A DNA stretch of 64,000 nucleotides from an uncultured Acidimicrobiales bacterium (GTDB lineage: Bacteria; Actinomycetota; Acidimicrobiia; Acidimicrobiales; Hopanoidiivorantaceae): assembly GCA_958295755.1 (NCBI GenBank), contig OY282367.1:655087-719086 (forward strand), written 5' to 3'. Under the pieces are notes generated by a model that was not told the origin of the DNA, made no database searches, and was given only the letters and a program-made list of their open reading frames with translations. The translations under genes and the position numbers were made by a program. Below are positions 60,632 through 64,000 of this stretch, one piece after another. Position 1 is the stretch's first letter. Each line of letters opens with the position of its first letter.

Positions 60632-62125
60632 ATGGCACTCAAGAAAATCTGCGGGATTGAGACCGAATACGGGATCATCCACCAAGGCGTAGAAGAGTTC
60701 AACCCTGCCTACTCATCTTCGGTGCTCATATCTGCTTATCTTGCAGCACAGGAGTCCGAACATCCCCGCTGGGATTTCAACGACGAAATGCCCGGCAACG
60801 ATGCCAGAGGTTTCTCCCGCACCGATGTGCTCTCTCCCGATATGCACCCCCAACTTGCCAATGCCATCTTGCTCAACGGTGCTCGTTACTATGTGGATCA
60901 CGCCCACCCAGAGATATCTTCGCCTGAGTGCGGCGATGCGCTAAGTGCCGTTCTATATGACTGTGCAGCCGATGTGATCATGCAGAGATCTATGGAAAAT
61001 GCCAAGGCAGTTCTCCCCGCTGGTGAAGAGATAGTCGTCTACAAAAACAACTCAGACGGCAAGGGCAACAGCTACGGCTGCCACGAAAACTATCTCATGG
61101 ACCGCACGGTGCCGTTCTCGTTGGTGGCTCAGGGCATCATGGCTCACTTCATCACACGCCAAATCTATTGTGGGGCAGGCAAAGTAGGCATGGAGACAGT
61201 AGGTGAAGAGCCCACAAGAGAGGGTTTTCAGCTCACCTCGCGGGCCGACTTCATAGAAGAACAGATAGGCCTTGAGACCACCATCAAACGCCCCATCATC
61301 AACACTCGAGATGAGCCCCACGCCGACTACCGCCGCTTCCGCCGACTGCATGTGATCGTAGGCGATGCCAATATGTCGCAAGTAGCAACTCTACTCAAAG
61401 TTGGCACCACGGCTTTTGTGCTAGCCATGATTGAAGATGACTTTCTGCCTCGCGAGATAGTCTTTGCCCACCCTGTGGCAGCCCTGCGAAATATCTCTAG
61501 CGACCTCTCCCTAGCCGAACCTCAGCAGATGGCCGACGGCACCCAAGCTACCGCTTTGGATATCCAATGGGAGATGTATGAACTATCTCGCAAGTTCAGC
61601 GAGCTAGGTGGTCTGGAACAAGTTGGCGAGAAATCTGGCCAGATGGTATTAGACCGCTGGGAGCAAGTACTTACAGGCTTAGAAGCCGACCCGATGAGTC
61701 TCGCCGACCAGATCGACTGGGTTGCTAAGCATCGTCTTATCGCCGGCTATCGCGACCGCCATAGCCTCTCATGGGACGATCCTCGTCTCAAGGCATTCGA
61801 CCTGCAATACCACGACCTCCGCCCCGAGAAATGCATCGCTAGCCGTGTAGGGCTAGAGCAAATAGTAGACCCCGAAGCTGTGCTGGTAGCCACAGCCACT
61901 CCGCCCAGAGATACAAGAGCATATTTCAGAGGTCGCTGTCTTGAGAAATTCGGCACGCACATCCTGGCTGCCAACTGGGATTCTGTGCTGTTTGACACAG
62001 ACGGCGACTCGCGTATCACTTTAATGGATCCGATGCAGGGGGAGACAGAAGAGCTTGCTAGATTATTTGATATGTGCGAAACCCCGGCGGAACTGCTGGA
62101 GCACATGGGAGGCAAACATGTCTGA
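60632..62125 (+). CDS. dop: Pup deamidase/depupylase Dop
   Basis: The N-terminus is KKICGIETEYGI. It shows ...RWDFNDEMPGNDARGF... and ...NGARYYVDHAHPE.... The position between mpa and pup fits Dop rather than PafA. Confidence 0.85.
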   Translation: MALKKICGIETEYGIIHQGVEEFNPAYSSSVLISAYLAAQESEHPRWDFNDEMPGNDARGFSRTDVLSPDMHPQLANAILLNGARYYVDHAHPEISSPECGDALSAVLYDCAADVIMQRSMENAKAVLPAGEEIVVYKNNSDGKGNSYGCHENYLMDRTVPFSLVAQGIMAHFITRQIYCGAGKVGMETVGEEPTREGFQLTSRADFIEEQIGLETTIKRPIINTRDEPHADYRRFRRLHVIVGDANMSQVATLLKVGTTAFVLAMIEDDFLPREIVFAHPVAALRNISSDLSLAEPQQMADGTQATALDIQWEMYELSRKFSELGGLEQVGEKSGQMVLDRWEQVLTGLEADPMSLADQIDWVAKHRLIAGYRDRHSLSWDDPRLKAFDLQYHDLRPEKCIASRVGLEQIVDPEAVLVATATPPRDTRAYFRGRCLEKFGTHILAANWDSVLFDTDGDSRITLMDPMQGETEELARLFDMCETPAELLEHMGGKHV

Positions 62126-62303
62126 TACTTCCAGAAAGCAAATCAATCCACAAACAACACAGCCCGAGCAACAAGAAGATGCCGTAGCAGCTTCTTCAAC
62201 GATGCACGACGAGTTAGAGCACATCTTGGATGAGATAGATGAGGTGTTGGAAGAAAACGCCGAAGAGTTCGTCAAATCTTATGTGCAAAAAGGTGGCGAA
62301 TAG
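62118..62303 (+). CDS. pup: prokaryotic ubiquitin-like protein Pup (C-terminal GGE)
   Basis: This 61-aa protein ends ...LDEIDEVLEENAEEFVKSYVQKGGE. A GGAGG RBS is present. It overlaps the dop 3' end by 8 nt. Confidence 0.9.
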   Translation: MSDTSRKQINPQTTQPEQQEDAVAASSTMHDELEHILDEIDEVLEENAEEFVKSYVQKGGE

Positions 62304-62357
62304 CTAGCTGTGCTAGCCGAGCATTAGCAAAACCTTTACCTCAGATAAGCTGAAAGA

Positions 62358-63206
62358 GTGCATCTGCCGATTTATGCGCCAGGCGAAGACCCAGGCCCAT
62401 CATTCAAAGCCCTGCTGAAGTCCATGGGTGAATGGCCGCCATCTTTTGGTGAAAGTTCTCTGGCTGTGAATTCTTCTCTAGCCGCCAACATCCCTCACGC
62501 CACCACAGTGCTAGCTCTCAAATGCAGAGGTGGTGTGGTTATGGCAGGCGACCGCCAAGCTACGATGGGCTATCAGATCGGCTCGCGCAGCATAGAAAAA
62601 GTCTTTCCAGCCGATAGTCACGCTGGTGTTGCCATCGCCGGCGCAGCAGGCCAAGCTGTGGAGCTAGTGAGGTTTTTTCAGCTCAGCATCGCCCACTATG
62701 AGAAGCTAGAAGGCACCGCTTTGAGTTTGGACGGCAAAGCCAACATGTTAGGGCAGCTGGTGCGAAGCAACTTCGCCCAAGCCATGAGTAACGGTTTATT
62801 CGTCACACCTGTTTTCGCAGGCTATGACGAAGAGACAGGAGTAGGGCGCATCTTTGAATACGATCTCACGGGCGGACGCTACGAAGAAAACGACTTCGCC
62901 ATGGCCGGCTCTGGCTCCACCCATGCCCGCACAGCCGTGAAACTGGCATACAGCGTAGACCAAAGCACCGAAGAGGCTATTCAGCTGGCTATCTCATCGC
63001 TGTTTTGGGCAGCAGATGAAGATGTAGCCACAGGCGGCCCCGACCTAGTGCGTGGAATCTATCCGACCGTAGCGACCATCGGAGCAGACGGTTACGAGCA
63101 GGTCCCCGAGAGCAAAGTAATGGAACATTTCAATGTGTTCATGGAACAGCAGGGACGCTCAGCCCTCACGCAGCAACACACCTCTGGCAAGGAGGCGACA
63201 CCATGA
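62358..63206 (+). CDS. prcB: 20S proteasome beta subunit (with propeptide)
   Basis: The propeptide is followed by ...HATTVLALKCRGGVVMAGDRQAT..., which contains the active-site Thr. Confidence 0.9.
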   Translation: MHLPIYAPGEDPGPSFKALLKSMGEWPPSFGESSLAVNSSLAANIPHATTVLALKCRGGVVMAGDRQATMGYQIGSRSIEKVFPADSHAGVAIAGAAGQAVELVRFFQLSIAHYEKLEGTALSLDGKANMLGQLVRSNFAQAMSNGLFVTPVFAGYDEETGVGRIFEYDLTGGRYEENDFAMAGSGSTHARTAVKLAYSVDQSTEEAIQLAISSLFWAADEDVATGGPDLVRGIYPTVATIGADGYEQVPESKVMEHFNVFMEQQGRSALTQQHTSGKEATP

Positions 63207-63895
63207 GCATGCCGATGGCTTTCGGGTATGTGTCGCCAGAGCAAATGATGGCCGACCGTGCCGACTACGCTCGCAAAGGCATCGCCCGAGGTCGCAGTCT
63301 TGTGGCACTTAGCACCAGAGACGGTGTTTTGATGTGCGCGGAAAGCATATCCAAGACGCTACGCAAAATCTGCGAAGTTTATGACCGCATCGCCTTTACT
63401 GGCGCAGGAAAATACATAGAGTTCGAACAGCTTCGCATGGGCGGTGTGCGCCACGCCGATTTCAAAGGCTACTACTACAGCCGCCGAGATGTAGACGCTC
63501 AGAGCCTCGCCAACCTCTACGCCCAGCTACTAGGAGTTTCTTTCACTCACGAGACCAAGCCCATGGAAGTGGAAGTGTTGGTGACCGAAGTAGGTGAAAC
63601 TCTAACAGAAGACAAGATGTTCCATATTCTCTACGACGGCACCATCAGCGATCGCCAGAACTTCACAGTCATCGGCGGCGAAACCGAGGCAGTGCATGCC
63701 CGCATGTCAGATACCTGGCAAGAAGATGCCCCCATGGAAGACGCTCTGCGTAGAACAGTGGCGGCTTTGGCTGGGGAAGAGCGCACGCTTACTTCGCAAG
63801 AACTAGAGGTTGGCTTCTTAGACCGATCTCTCATCGGCGGGCGCACTTTCCAACATTTTTCCAAAGAGGAAATAGACGAGATTCTCAACTCGTGA
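63203..63895 (+). CDS. prcA: 20S proteasome alpha subunit
   Basis: It is ATGA-coupled to prcB. The sequence ...SPEQMMADRADYARKGIARGRSLVAL... is typical of PrcA. Confidence 0.9.
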   Translation: MSMPMAFGYVSPEQMMADRADYARKGIARGRSLVALSTRDGVLMCAESISKTLRKICEVYDRIAFTGAGKYIEFEQLRMGGVRHADFKGYYYSRRDVDAQSLANLYAQLLGVSFTHETKPMEVEVLVTEVGETLTEDKMFHILYDGTISDRQNFTVIGGETEAVHARMSDTWQEDAPMEDALRRTVAALAGEERTLTSQELEVGFLDRSLIGGRTFQHFSKEEIDEILNS

Positions 63896-63912
63896 TTCTC
63901 TAGTTGTGATTT

Positions 63913-64000
63913 GTGAAGCGACGGATTTTCGGGCTGGAAACCGAATACGGGGTTTGGGGGTCACAAGAAGGTCCTCGCCGTCTCAGCCCCGATGAGGTCG
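63913..64000 (+). CDS. pafA: Pup-protein ligase PafA, N-terminal fragment (runs off window)
   Basis: This ORF is not in the ORF track because it is truncated. From GTG 63913 it reads MKRRIFGLETEYGVWGSQEGPRRLSPDEV, which closely resembles the PafA N-terminus (..RRI.G.ETE.G.......RRLSPDEV..). Confidence 0.75.
   Translation, partial: MKRRIFGLETEYGVWGSQEGPRRLSPDEV

Overview
This window is a densely packed, almost entirely housekeeping chromosome segment from an actinobacterium. The gene order is the classical Actinomycetota layout: smpB-ssrA, tig-clpP-clpX-folC-ndk-mreBCD-pbp2-rodA-RNase E/G, tkt-tal, and trmI...mpa-dop-pup-prcB-prcA-pafA. GC looks moderate by eye. A streamlined Acidimicrobiia-like lineage is my guess and cannot be shown from this window. 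I call 55 CDSs (two cut by the window edges), one tmRNA and four tRNAs (Leu-TAG, Arg-TCT, His-GTG, Lys-CTT). Many adjacent genes are translationally coupled through ATGA, GTGA or TGATG overlaps. I found no rRNA, CRISPR array, transposase, integrase, prophage or recognisable defence system, and I cannot honestly name a clear novel multi-gene system here. The signals that the gene calls do not explain are these. (1) At least 14 core genes carry near-perfect in-frame 12/15/18/21-bp tandem duplications, the tmRNA carries a 20-nt one, and several intergenic short-repeat arrays sit directly upstream of start codons, including a strictly 11-bp-phased ATCACA x5 array. (2) A tightly coupled FIST-tkt-tal-fbiC-ClC operon places the FO (F420 precursor) synthase where actinobacteria usually have zwf-opcA-pgl. 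(3) One family III CoA-transferase looks circularly permuted, and a tandem-fused double CoA-transferase lies 9 kb away. (4) An orphan MT-A70 methyltransferase is ATGA-coupled to murJ. (5) The Pup-proteasome locus is fully contiguous, with Pup ending in GGE, Dop retained, and a Lys/Pro/Ala-rich N-terminal extension on Mpa. (6) mreC has no canonical start codon that would give a full-length protein. (7) A 24-nt motif is conserved at two unrelated intergenic sites. All functional calls rest on motif and family recognition by eye, since no searches could be run.
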